The notes under the pieces were generated by a model, which made no database searches, had not been told where the DNA came from, and saw only the letters and a program-made list of their open reading frames with translations. From a virus (Duplodnaviria > Caudoviricetes): a stretch of DNA of 31,440 bases. The stretch is from IMG/VR virus record IMGVR_UViG_3300025534_000028, positions 1 to 31,440 of that record; one strand, given 5' to 3'. Each line of letters opens with the position of its first letter. The first letter of the stretch is position 1. This document shows, in pieces, positions 9,039 to 17,115 of this stretch. The translations under genes and the position numbers were made by a program.

Positions 9039-9668
9039 ATGACGTTGAAGCGTATAATTTTGGGATTAATAGTATTGATAATATTCACAGCTACAGGAGT
9101 TTATATAGTAAATAACAATTTACAAATTAATAATATAATATTGGCACAAGAAAATGAATGTGATATCGTAAATACGTCAAAGGAAGAAACTTTGCTTATA
9201 GAATCCACAATTCCAGAAACAAAATTGATAGAAGAAATTGAAGAAAAAACAAAGGAAAAAACTGAAGAAGAAATTGAACAAAAGACTGAAAAAGAAATCA
9301 CTAAAGAAAACGATGAAGAAGATAAAACAACTGAAGTATCAAGAGGTGGAGAAAAGTATATTCCTATTCGGGCAATTGTTACTGCTTATGCCCCATACGA
9401 CAATAAAAGTGGAATGTGCAATGATGGGACACCAGACACTACAGCAACAAATACAAAACCAAAACGTGGAACTATAGCTGCTGACCCAAAAAAAATACCC
9501 TATGGAACAAAACTATATATACCTGAATATGGGTATGGAACAGTAGAAGATACTGGTAGTGCTTTGAGAAAAGATAAAGATAATATAAGAATAGATGTAT
9601 ATATGGATACTTATGAAGAAGCAATTGAATGGGGTAAAAAAGAAATGATAATATATATTATAGAATAA
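9039..9668 (+). CDS. 3D-domain (Asp-Asp-Asp) cell-wall protein, membrane anchored
   Basis: N-terminal TM helix, acidic linker, VSRGG, TAY, IAADP, IPYGT, EDTG, RIDVY. Confidence 0.9.
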   Translation: MTLKRIILGLIVLIIFTATGVYIVNNNLQINNIILAQENECDIVNTSKEETLLIESTIPETKLIEEIEEKTKEKTEEEIEQKTEKEITKENDEEDKTTEVSRGGEKYIPIRAIVTAYAPYDNKSGMCNDGTPDTTATNTKPKRGTIAADPKKIPYGTKLYIPEYGYGTVEDTGSALRKDKDNIRIDVYMDTYEEAIEWGKKEMIIYIIE

Positions 9669-9697
9669 TAATATAAAATAAAATGAGTTGATTTTAT

Positions 9698-9910
9698 AAA
9701 CGTCAAGCGTGAACACTCGTGACATTAGTCATGAAATGAAACGCTTGACAAATTATAAATATAATATTATAATAAATTTAGAAAGACAAATGTATTCCAA
9801 AGCTGATACAATCAGTAATGGATAATGGTGGATTGAACACACCATTGAGAATAAGGGTTGCATAACCACACTTCTCAAGAATCCTACGACTTTAGTCGTG
9901 GGAGGTTCAA
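9698..9910 (+). mobile_element. non-autonomous IS200/IS605 mini-element (left end + promoter + omegaRNA, no tnpB/tnpA)
   Basis: Preceded by TTTAT; left-end inverted repeat gtcaagcgt...acgcttgac with an inner hairpin; right end GAAT-cctacgac-ttta-gtcgtggg-aggTTCAA. Confidence 0.8.
9745..9773 (+). promoter_or_regulatory. consensus sigma-A promoter inside the mini-element
   Basis: TTGACA-17-TATAAT, nearly identical to 4102 and 10555. Confidence 0.8.
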
Positions 9911-9930
9911 AGTTAGCAAATATAATTAGG
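9780..9930 (+). ncRNA. orphan TnpB-type omegaRNA; predicted guide agttagcaaatataattagg (9911-9930)
   Basis: Stems aatggtg/caccatt, ttgagaa/ttctcaa, ggtt/aacc and the right-end hairpin; loop TTGAAC is complementary to the terminal GTTCAA (pseudoknot). Confidence 0.7.
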
Positions 9931-9945
9931 CAAATGTGAAGGGGG

Positions 9946-10191
9946 GTGAATTATACGAAAAGCTGTAAATCAAGAATGGAAAGTAAGACAGGTTGCTGTG
10001 GAGTATGTTGGATAAATGTAGCAGGATCATATAATGTATGGGAAGTTATAGCAAAATATTGCACTGGTACAGAACAAGAAAAGAATATGATAAACGATAT
10101 CTTTCATGGAGAGAAAGAACCCAAAGAATTAACGAATAAATATAATTTTACTGAAAAAGAAAAAGAAATAATTTTGCAGGAATGGTTCTAA
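9946..10191 (+). CDS. hypothetical Cys-rich protein between two orphan omegaRNA elements
   Basis: 81-aa ORF, G-rich RBS. Confidence 0.65.
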   Translation: MNYTKSCKSRMESKTGCCGVCWINVAGSYNVWEVIAKYCTGTEQEKNMINDIFHGEKEPKELTNKYNFTEKEKEIILQEWF

Positions 10192-10198
10192 TTTCATA

Positions 10199-10415
10199 GT
10201 CAACTACACAACGACTAAAGTCGTGGGCTTGATAGCCCCATGTTGACCAGACCAAGGCTTGAAACAGAGCCTACGTTATAGATGTCATGACACGGTGGGG
10301 TGCTTCTCCAGCCCTACCCCCTGTCGTGCAAGATTAAACAGGTGTAGTGGGTTAAGCCAGTGTCTTGCACATAACAAGCATCTATAACATGGTCGAGGAG
10401 AATATAACCTGTGTA
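10199..10415 (+). ncRNA. HEARO / IscB omegaRNA scaffold; guide = upstream flank ~10180-10198
   Basis: Recognisable HEARO landmarks gtcaac...gttgaccagac, ctacgtt, gacac, tgcttctccag, ctgtc, ttaaaca, aacatggtcgaggag; long-range pairing gttatagatg/catctataac and gtgcaaga/tcttgcac. Confidence 0.85.
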
Positions 10416-10481
10416 AGCAGAGGAAATACGCAATTCCTCCACATGGCTAAAGCCAGTGGCTTCCTTGCGTGAGAATTTGTG
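10199..10481 (+). mobile_element. non-autonomous IscB/HEARO-type IS200/IS605 element lacking the iscB ORF
   Basis: Starts GTCAACTAC with hairpin acgac-taaa-gtcgt; ends with hairpin acgcaa...ccacatggctaaagccagtgg...ttgcgt; followed by ATGAA. Confidence 0.8.
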
Positions 10482-10554
10482 ATGAATATATAATATTTAT
10501 TTTTAAATCACCAAGAATACTCCCACTTCTTTAAGTGGGAGATGAATTGGGGGC

Positions 10555-10583
10555 TTGACAAAATATAAATATAATATTATAAT
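10555..10583 (+). promoter_or_regulatory. consensus sigma-A promoter for tnpB, identical to phage promoter 4102-4130
   Basis: TTGACA-aaatataaatataatat-TATAAT. Confidence 0.8.
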
Positions 10584-10599
10584 AAAATTAGAAAGGTAG

Positions 10600-11739
10600 G
10601 TGAAATACTTGAAAACAATATTAAGAGCCTATAAATATAGAATATATCCTAACAAAAAGCAACAAGAGTTAATTAATAAAACTATAGGTTGTTGTAGATT
10701 TGTATATAACTATTATCTCAATAAAAAGATTGAATTATATAAAACAGAGCAAAAGTCTATAGGCTATAATGCTTGTGCTAATGATTTAAAAAATCTTAAA
10801 AATCAATATGAATGGCTCAAAGAAGTTGATAGTATTTCCCTACAGCAAACATTGAAGGATTTAGATACTGCTTATCAAAACTTTTTTAGACGTATTAAAA
10901 ATGGGGAAAAACAAGTAGGATTTCCGAAGTTTAAAAGTAAAAAGAATCCTAAACAGTCATATAGAACACAAAACGTAAATAACAACATTGAAATCAAAGG
11001 TAATAAAATAAAGTTGCCTAAACTTGGGTTAGTTAAATTTGCTAATAGTAGAAGTTTTGATGGTAAAATTACTTCTTGTACTATATCTAAAACTAATACA
11101 GATAAATATTTCCTATCAGTATTAGTCGAAGAAGAAATACAAGAATTACCAAAGAAGAATAATGCTATAGGATTTGATTTGGGGGTTAAAGATTATTTAA
11201 TTACATCAGATGGTGAAGTAGTTAATAATCCTAAAATACTAAAACAATACGAAAAGAAACTTATCAAACTTCAACGTCAATTATCAAGAAAAAAGATAGG
11301 CAGTAACAGATACAAGAAACATTCTAAGAAGATTGCTAAGTTACATGAAAAAATAAGAAATATAAGAACTGACTTTTTACAGAAATTATCTACACGTATA
11401 ATTCAGGAAAACCAACTGATTATAAGTGAAGATTTGAATGTAAAAGGTATGGTTCAGAATCATAGATTAGCAAAAGCAATAAATGATGTTTCTTGGTCTG
11501 AATTTGCAAGAATGATTGAGTATAAAGCTAATTGGTACGGTAGAACATATCATAAAATTAATAGGTTTTATGCTTCAAGTCAAACATGTAATGTTTGTGG
11601 GTATAAAAATGTAGATATAAAAGATTTAAATATAAGACAATGGATATGTCCACAATGCAATACTAAACATGATAGAGATAATAATGCTGCAATAAACATA
11701 CTCAATCAAGGGTTAAAAGAATTAGGCTTAACAGCTTAA
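10600..11739 (+). CDS. tnpB: IS200/IS605 RNA-guided endonuclease TnpB
   Basis: AYKYRIYP...CRFVYN HTH, GFPKFK, RuvC GFDLG, SEDL and HDRD intact, Zn finger CNVC/CPQC. Confidence 0.95.
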   Translation: MKYLKTILRAYKYRIYPNKKQQELINKTIGCCRFVYNYYLNKKIELYKTEQKSIGYNACANDLKNLKNQYEWLKEVDSISLQQTLKDLDTAYQNFFRRIKNGEKQVGFPKFKSKKNPKQSYRTQNVNNNIEIKGNKIKLPKLGLVKFANSRSFDGKITSCTISKTNTDKYFLSVLVEEEIQELPKKNNAIGFDLGVKDYLITSDGEVVNNPKILKQYEKKLIKLQRQLSRKKIGSNRYKKHSKKIAKLHEKIRNIRTDFLQKLSTRIIQENQLIISEDLNVKGMVQNHRLAKAINDVSWSEFARMIEYKANWYGRTYHKINRFYASSQTCNVCGYKNVDIKDLNIRQWICPQCNTKHDRDNNAAINILNQGLKELGLTA

Positions 11740-11870
11740 TATAAACTAGGGTAGGAACTATCTGATGTGAGGCTCGTGGACGTAGTAGGTAACGAGGCGT
11801 ATGAAGCGAGAATCTCCACCTTCTAAGCGAAGCGTAAGGTGGAGAGGTTCAATTTTGTAGAATATTATGA
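11740..11870 (+). ncRNA. predicted omegaRNA of TnpB 10600; guide ttttgtagaatattatg...
   Basis: Structured GC-richer right end; loop GAAC can pair with the terminal GTTC. The 5' boundary is uncertain. Confidence 0.65.
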
Positions 11871-11906
11871 AATTCATAATATAATAATACAAAAAGGAGT
11901 GATAAT

Positions 11907-12149
11907 ATGTGTGATTATGAAAAGGCTTTAAAAGCTAGACTAGAAGAACTAGAAGAACAAGAAAAACTAAAACAGGAAGGGGAGAGACTACGACAATTTA
12001 AAAAAGAGATAAAAAGCAAATTTTATTCAAACATTGATGAAATACATATGGAGTTTTTGGATAAGTATTTTAAGGAATATCCTGACACTAATCAAGCAGA
12101 AGTATGTTTAATAAAAGATATTTTTGAGTTTATTAAGTCAAAAGTTTAG
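11907..12149 (+). CDS. hypothetical protein
   Basis: AAGGAG RBS; 80 aa. Confidence 0.75.
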   Translation: MCDYEKALKARLEELEEQEKLKQEGERLRQFKKEIKSKFYSNIDEIHMEFLDKYFKEYPDTNQAEVCLIKDIFEFIKSKV

Positions 12150-12158
12150 GAGGAAAAG

Positions 12159-12356
12159 ATGATAATATTATATTCAACTGATTGTCCAAAGTGCAAAATA
12201 CTACAAGAGAAATTAGATATGAAAGGAGTGACATATCAAAAAGTATCAGATGTAGAAATTATGAAGCAAAAGGGTTTTATGTCTACACCTATGCTTGAAG
12301 TTGATGGAAATATAATGACTTACTTAGAAGCAATTAATTGGATAAAGGAGATATAG
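12159..12356 (+). CDS. nrdH: NrdH-like glutaredoxin/redoxin
   Basis: LYSTDCPKC and STPMLEVDG; directly upstream of nrdD. Confidence 0.85.
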   Translation: MIILYSTDCPKCKILQEKLDMKGVTYQKVSDVEIMKQKGFMSTPMLEVDGNIMTYLEAINWIKEI

Positions 12357-12357
12357 T

Positions 12358-14265
12358 ATGGACATAAATGTTAAATTGTATTTGCCTTTTGTTGTGGCTT
12401 TAAACAAAATGAAAGCTAAATATGGTGAAGATTTTGAACGGTTGAATTCTTTACATAATGACCAGTTAAGTGATACTGATTTTATTGATAATTTTATTGA
12501 TAGTGATAATGTTGCGAATGCGTCAATAGATGCAAATGCTAATGTAAGTCAAAAGGATATTTGTTCACTTGAATCAGAAATGAATAAACCAAGAAAAAAA
12601 TTGTTATCTTTCAATAAGATATTTTATGAAATGACTAAAAAATATGGTTTAAAAAGAGCAGAAGAATGGCTTGAAGCTGAATGGAGTGGTGCTTTATATC
12701 TTCATGATGGGTATTCTGCATCGTTTGTTCCCTACTGTTTTGCTTATGATTTAGAAGATGTTGTACAAAAGGGTTTGTATTTTGTTGATGGATTTGGCGG
12801 TGAAGCACCAAAACATTTAACTACATTTGTGGCACATGTAAAAGAATTTGTAAGTTGGACTTCAAATAGGACAAGTGGAGCATGTGGAATACCGTCTTTT
12901 TTAGTCCATGCATATTATTTTTGGTATAATGATGTAAAAAATGGCTATTATTTAATATCTCCTGAATATTATAGAGACCAGTGTTTTCAAGAATTTATTT
13001 TTGGACTTAATCAGCCATATTTAAGAGTAAATCAATGTTCATTTACTAATGTTACAATAATGGACAGGTATTATCTTGCTGAAATATTTGGAGATAGAAA
13101 ATATCCAGATGGTACATATATAGTTGACCATATTGACGAGATAATAGAATTTCAGAAAGCATTTATGAGAGTAGTAGCCAAAACAAGACAAGAAATGATG
13201 TTTACATTCCCAGTTATTACTTACTCTTTATTATATCAGAATGGTAAATTTATGGATGAAGATTTTGCAAGGTGGTGTAGTGACCACAATACAGAATGGT
13301 GTGATGCAAATTTCTTTGTTAGTGAAGATGTTACAAGCTTGAGTTCTTGTTGCAGGCTCATCAATAACTTTTCAAAACTAACAGGATTTATAAACTCAAT
13401 AGGAGGAACATCACTTAAAATAGGTTCTGTTAAGGTAAATACAATTAACCTTGTTAGGATAGCTTACGAAACTAATTCTAAAGAAGAATATATTGAAAAA
13501 CTTAAAGAACGTGTAAGATTATGTATTGATGTACTTGATGTAGTAAGGCATATTATAAAGAGAAATGTTGAAAAAGGAATTTTACCTAACTATTCTAAAG
13601 GCTTAATAGATATGAGTAGACAATATAATACTATTGGTATTAATGCTATGTATGAAACTATTAGACATTTTGGTTTAATTAAAGAAGATGAATTTGGTAA
13701 TAAATATTATACTGATGAAGGTATAGAATTTGCATCAAAAATTATGGATACTATAAATGAAGTTAAGGATTCATATAATTTTGATTATAGTATAAACGTT
13801 GAAGCTGTGCCTGCTGAAAGATGTGCGGTAATATTATGTCAAAAAGATAATAAATTATATCCTAATAATAATGGAGATTTTATTTATGCTAATCAATGGA
13901 TACCACTAACGGAAAAATGTACTCTTGATGAAAAGGTAAGACTGGGTTCTATACTTGATAAAAAATGTGGAGGCGGGCAAATATGTCATATAAATGTTGA
14001 CGGCAAATTTGCTAATAAAGAACAAGCATGGAATTTGCTAAATTATATAGCAAGTAAAGGTGTAATTTATTTTGCTTTTAATAATAAAATATCAACTTGT
14101 AAAAATAGGCATGGTTATTATGGAGATATATGCCCAGTATGTCAAGAACCAACTATAGATACATTTCAAAGAATCGTGGGTTATTTAACTCCAAGCAGTT
14201 CTTATAGTAAAGAGCGTAAAGCAGAGTTTGAAAGGAGATATTGGTACAAGTTTAATGAAAATTAA
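12358..14265 (+). CDS. nrdD: anaerobic (class III) ribonucleoside-triphosphate reductase
   Basis: LYLHD, TFPV, SSCCRL, VNTINL, EAVPAE, GGQICH, C-terminal Zn site and RIVGYL glycyl-radical loop. Confidence 0.93.
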   Translation: MDINVKLYLPFVVALNKMKAKYGEDFERLNSLHNDQLSDTDFIDNFIDSDNVANASIDANANVSQKDICSLESEMNKPRKKLLSFNKIFYEMTKKYGLKRAEEWLEAEWSGALYLHDGYSASFVPYCFAYDLEDVVQKGLYFVDGFGGEAPKHLTTFVAHVKEFVSWTSNRTSGACGIPSFLVHAYYFWYNDVKNGYYLISPEYYRDQCFQEFIFGLNQPYLRVNQCSFTNVTIMDRYYLAEIFGDRKYPDGTYIVDHIDEIIEFQKAFMRVVAKTRQEMMFTFPVITYSLLYQNGKFMDEDFARWCSDHNTEWCDANFFVSEDVTSLSSCCRLINNFSKLTGFINSIGGTSLKIGSVKVNTINLVRIAYETNSKEEYIEKLKERVRLCIDVLDVVRHIIKRNVEKGILPNYSKGLIDMSRQYNTIGINAMYETIRHFGLIKEDEFGNKYYTDEGIEFASKIMDTINEVKDSYNFDYSINVEAVPAERCAVILCQKDNKLYPNNNGDFIYANQWIPLTEKCTLDEKVRLGSILDKKCGGGQICHINVDGKFANKEQAWNLLNYIASKGVIYFAFNNKISTCKNRHGYYGDICPVCQEPTIDTFQRIVGYLTPSSSYSKERKAEFERRYWYKFNEN

Positions 14266-14734
14266 ATATATAATAGATGAAAATTTTCAAGACTATAAAA
14301 AAACATCTATGATGATTGCTATGTGTAATTGTGATTGGAAATGTTTAAAGGAATTAAATTTAGATATTTCTATATGTCAGAATTCAGAAATAGCACAACA
14401 AAAAAATATTGAGGTATCTATTGAGAGTATCATTGATAGATACCTCAATAATCCAATTGCACAAGCAGTTGTTATAGGTGGGTTAGAACCGATGTTACAA
14501 TTTGATGAAGTATTAGAATTTATAAAACAGTTTAGACAAAAGTGCAATGATGATATAGTAATTTACACAGGTTATTATCCAGAAGAAATACAAGATAAAA
14601 TCGAACAATTGAAAATATGCAAAAATATTATCATTAAGTTTGGTAGATATATACCAAATAGAGAAAAACGATTTGATGAAATATTAGGAGTGTGCTTAGC
14701 TTCTGATAACCAATTTGCTGTAAAAATAAATTGA
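14255..14734 (+). CDS. nrdG: class III RNR activase (radical SAM)
   Basis: CDWKC...CQN cluster motif, GGLEP, IYTGY, KFGRY, LASDNQ; ATG 14255 preferred. Confidence 0.85.
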   Translation: MKIKYIIDENFQDYKKTSMMIAMCNCDWKCLKELNLDISICQNSEIAQQKNIEVSIESIIDRYLNNPIAQAVVIGGLEPMLQFDEVLEFIKQFRQKCNDDIVIYTGYYPEEIQDKIEQLKICKNIIIKFGRYIPNREKRFDEILGVCLASDNQFAVKIN

Positions 14735-14743
14735 GGTGGTTCA

Positions 14744-14929
14744 GTGCTAAAAATTATGAAAAATCCAGATGCAGAAACATACAATGCTATTACACAAGCA
14801 GTAATAAATAATGATGGATATTGTCCTTGTTTATTAGAGAAAACAGAAGATACAAAATGTATTTGTAAAGAATTCAGAGAACAAAATTATCCAGGAGAAT
14901 GTCATTGTGGAAGATATATAAAATATTAG
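14744..14929 (+). CDS. minimal ferredoxin:thioredoxin (disulfide) reductase catalytic-subunit-like protein
   Basis: GYCPC...CIC...ECHCG reproduces the CPC/CPC/CHC pattern of the FTR catalytic chain. Confidence 0.8.
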   Translation: MLKIMKNPDAETYNAITQAVINNDGYCPCLLEKTEDTKCICKEFREQNYPGECHCGRYIKY

Positions 14930-14953
14930 TATAATAAAAGAAAGGATGATGTT

Positions 14954-15514
14954 ATGAAATATTTGTTGGGAGATAGCAGTATTACAATTGATGGTATCAA
15001 TCTTCAGTTTGTAAGTGATAAAAAAATCAGAGGATTTGAAAAAGTGTCTTTTGAACAATATGTAAAAGATGTTGGTGGTGAAAGACACGAATTAGCAGAA
15101 GAATATCTTGATATTAAGTTACCGCAAAGAGCAACGTCAAAATCAGCAGGATACGATTTTTATAGTCCATTTAGTTTTGAATTAGAACCAGGAGAAACAA
15201 TAAAAATTCCTACAGGAATTAAAGCATATATGCAAGATGATGAAGTGTTAAAAATACATATAAGAAGCTCAATAGGCTTTAAATATGATGTAGTATTGAG
15301 TAATGTTACAGGGATTATTGATGCAGATTTCTATAATAACCCTAACACAGAAGGACATATATGGATTAAATTAATTAATCATGGAGATAAAACTTTGTCA
15401 ATCAACAAGGGCGAAGCCATCGCTCAGGGAATTTTTGAGAAATACCTAAAAGCAGATAATGATAAACCTGTAAAAGATGAAAGGGTGGGAGGAATAGGTT
15501 CTACTAATTCATAA
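14954..15514 (+). CDS. dut: trimeric dUTPase
   Basis: SAGYDF, RSSIG, GIIDADFY, IAQGIF, RVGGIGST (motifs I-V). Confidence 0.93.
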   Translation: MKYLLGDSSITIDGINLQFVSDKKIRGFEKVSFEQYVKDVGGERHELAEEYLDIKLPQRATSKSAGYDFYSPFSFELEPGETIKIPTGIKAYMQDDEVLKIHIRSSIGFKYDVVLSNVTGIIDADFYNNPNTEGHIWIKLINHGDKTLSINKGEAIAQGIFEKYLKADNDKPVKDERVGGIGSTNS

Positions 15515-15538
15515 GGGATAGGCTTTTAGCCTTCCCTT
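15513..15538 (+). terminator. stem-loop after dut (possible weak terminator or processing site)
   Basis: aaggga-t-aggct-ttt-agcct-tccctt; only a short U tract. Confidence 0.4.
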
Positions 15539-15557
15539 CTATGAAAGGATGGTGTAT

Positions 15558-15719
15558 ATGGCTAAATGTTCGGCAAAATGTAAATATTATCAAGTTTATG
15601 TTGCAAATAATAATAAAATTAAAGTTGTGTGTGCTATAAGAGGGTATGAAATTAAGAATATAAAAGAAAAAATGCCTAACATATATTACGATTGTGAGAA
15701 GTTCAAATTGAGCAAATAA
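15558..15719 (+). CDS. 53-aa Cys-containing hypothetical protein missed by the ORF track
   Basis: Hand translation MAKCSAKCKYYQ...; RBS aaaggatggtg. Confidence 0.6.
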   Translation: MAKCSAKCKYYQVYVANNNKIKVVCAIRGYEIKNIKEKMPNIYYDCEKFKLSK

Positions 15720-15787
15720 TATTAATATAAAAGGCAAATATCCTATATTATGGGTGTAAAAAATGTTAATATAAAAGGAGAATAATT

Positions 15788-16072
15788 ATGGGTCAAAAAA
15801 CTACATATTTTTGTGATAATTGCGAGAAAGAAACCAATAAAACGGATTTGTTGAAGGAAAAAATTCCATTTATAAATGAATTATGGGCAACATGTGGAAT
15901 TGGAAATAAAAAAGTTTTATATTTAGGACATGAATTAAAATTTGAAGAATTAGAATTATGTCCAACATGTCATAAAAAATATAAACAAATATGGACTGAT
16001 GCAATGGTTAAATTAGCTAACGAATGGATTGAAATTAATAAAATAAGTGAACAAAAGGAGGGTATTGTATGA
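15788..16072 (+). CDS. zinc-binding hypothetical protein
   Basis: YFCDNC...LCPTC; AAGGAG RBS. Confidence 0.8.
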   Translation: MGQKTTYFCDNCEKETNKTDLLKEKIPFINELWATCGIGNKKVLYLGHELKFEELELCPTCHKKYKQIWTDAMVKLANEWIEINKISEQKEGIV

Positions 16073-16596
16073 ACAAAATTATGGTATTAAAAGGTGGAAG
16101 CCCTGCTATACATAAATTAGGAAATATAGGACGAGAAAACGATGATTACATAAGGGTGTATAGTGAAATAGAAGATTATTATATCGGCAATTTTGAAGAA
16201 GGGTTTGGTTTTGCAGATGTTAAATTCAGGAAGAAAGATTGCAGACCGCTAACCGAAGAAGAAAGAAAACAGATAAATGGAAAGTGGTACTCAATTAATG
16301 GTAATTTACTATATAGAATTTACGTTGATAACGAAGGAAATGTAATTAATGGAAAAGTTTTTATGTTAAAAGGAAGAATAGATAAGATTACAGACACGCA
16401 AGGTAATGATAAATTCAGTGATTTTATTGGACTTAATGTTAGTTTTGGAGAAGATATTCAAATTGGTAATAGTTTAATAATGCTAACTGATTATGGAAGT
16501 ATACAGACATCTAAGGTTGTAAACTTTGAGAAAAAACAAAATAAATATATAATTCATACACAAAATAGTGTTTATCATATTTTAATATTAATATAA
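16069..16596 (+). CDS. hypothetical protein
   Basis: GGAGG RBS; ATGA overlap with the previous gene. Confidence 0.8.
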   Translation: MNKIMVLKGGSPAIHKLGNIGRENDDYIRVYSEIEDYYIGNFEEGFGFADVKFRKKDCRPLTEEERKQINGKWYSINGNLLYRIYVDNEGNVINGKVFMLKGRIDKITDTQGNDKFSDFIGLNVSFGEDIQIGNSLIMLTDYGSIQTSKVVNFEKKQNKYIIHTQNSVYHILILI

Positions 16597-16607
16597 AAGG
16601 TGATTAT

Positions 16608-17054
16608 ATGTTAAAAATTTTAAAAAATATATATTGGAAAGTATATTCGATTTATTTTGCTTGGCAAACCAAAAAGGATATTAAAAAATATGAAGATACA
16701 TATGAATTTATTTATGGTATAAAGTCTTACGATGATTTAAGTCCTGGAAACGAAGCTAATTTATATACCATGAATGATTTAGATATTATCTATAATAAAA
16801 AGACAAACAAATATACTATAGGAATAGAAACAATATATAGTTTTAGTAACGGGCGTAAAGGAGAGCAAGAATATATAAAAAATTTGTTGAACAAATTCAC
16901 AGAATGGATGCTGTCAAAGGGATATAATATTAATAAATATATTTCACTTTATGATGTTTTTACTTATAAAAATATTAATTCAGAATTTGATAGTATTGAA
17001 GATTTGTATGCTTATTTCAAAATGCTTGTAAATGGATTTATTACTCAAAATTAA
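16608..17054 (+). CDS. hypothetical protein
   Basis: 148-aa ORF, AGGTG RBS. Confidence 0.8.
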   Translation: MLKILKNIYWKVYSIYFAWQTKKDIKKYEDTYEFIYGIKSYDDLSPGNEANLYTMNDLDIIYNKKTNKYTIGIETIYSFSNGRKGEQEYIKNLLNKFTEWMLSKGYNINKYISLYDVFTYKNINSEFDSIEDLYAYFKMLVNGFITQN

Positions 17055-17115
17055 AAAATTAATATGAAAACTAAATTTTATCTAAAATATCAATATAAAA
17101 GTGAGGTAATGTTTA

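Larger units (their letters stand above)
10501..11852 (+). mobile_element. tnpB-only IS200/IS605 (IS1341-like) element
   Basis: TTTAT upstream; left hairpin ctcccactt-cttt-aagtgggag; right end GAAT-ctccacctt...aaggtggag-aggTTCAA. Left boundary approximate. Confidence 0.85.

Noticed and set aside
9210-9335. Repetitive gaagaa/aaaga tract in the 3D-domain gene
   Set aside because: It encodes an ordinary Glu/Lys/Thr-rich linker and is not a DNA-level repeat element.
12358-14265. Intron or intein in nrdD, common in phage RNR genes
   Set aside because: The ORF is continuous at 635 aa with no intein motifs or extra length.
14725-14760. nrdG and the FTR-like ORF are in frame across one TGA (TGA GGT GGT TCA GTG)
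   Set aside because: The downstream gene has its own GAGGTGG RBS and GTG start; frame sharing has a one-in-three chance.
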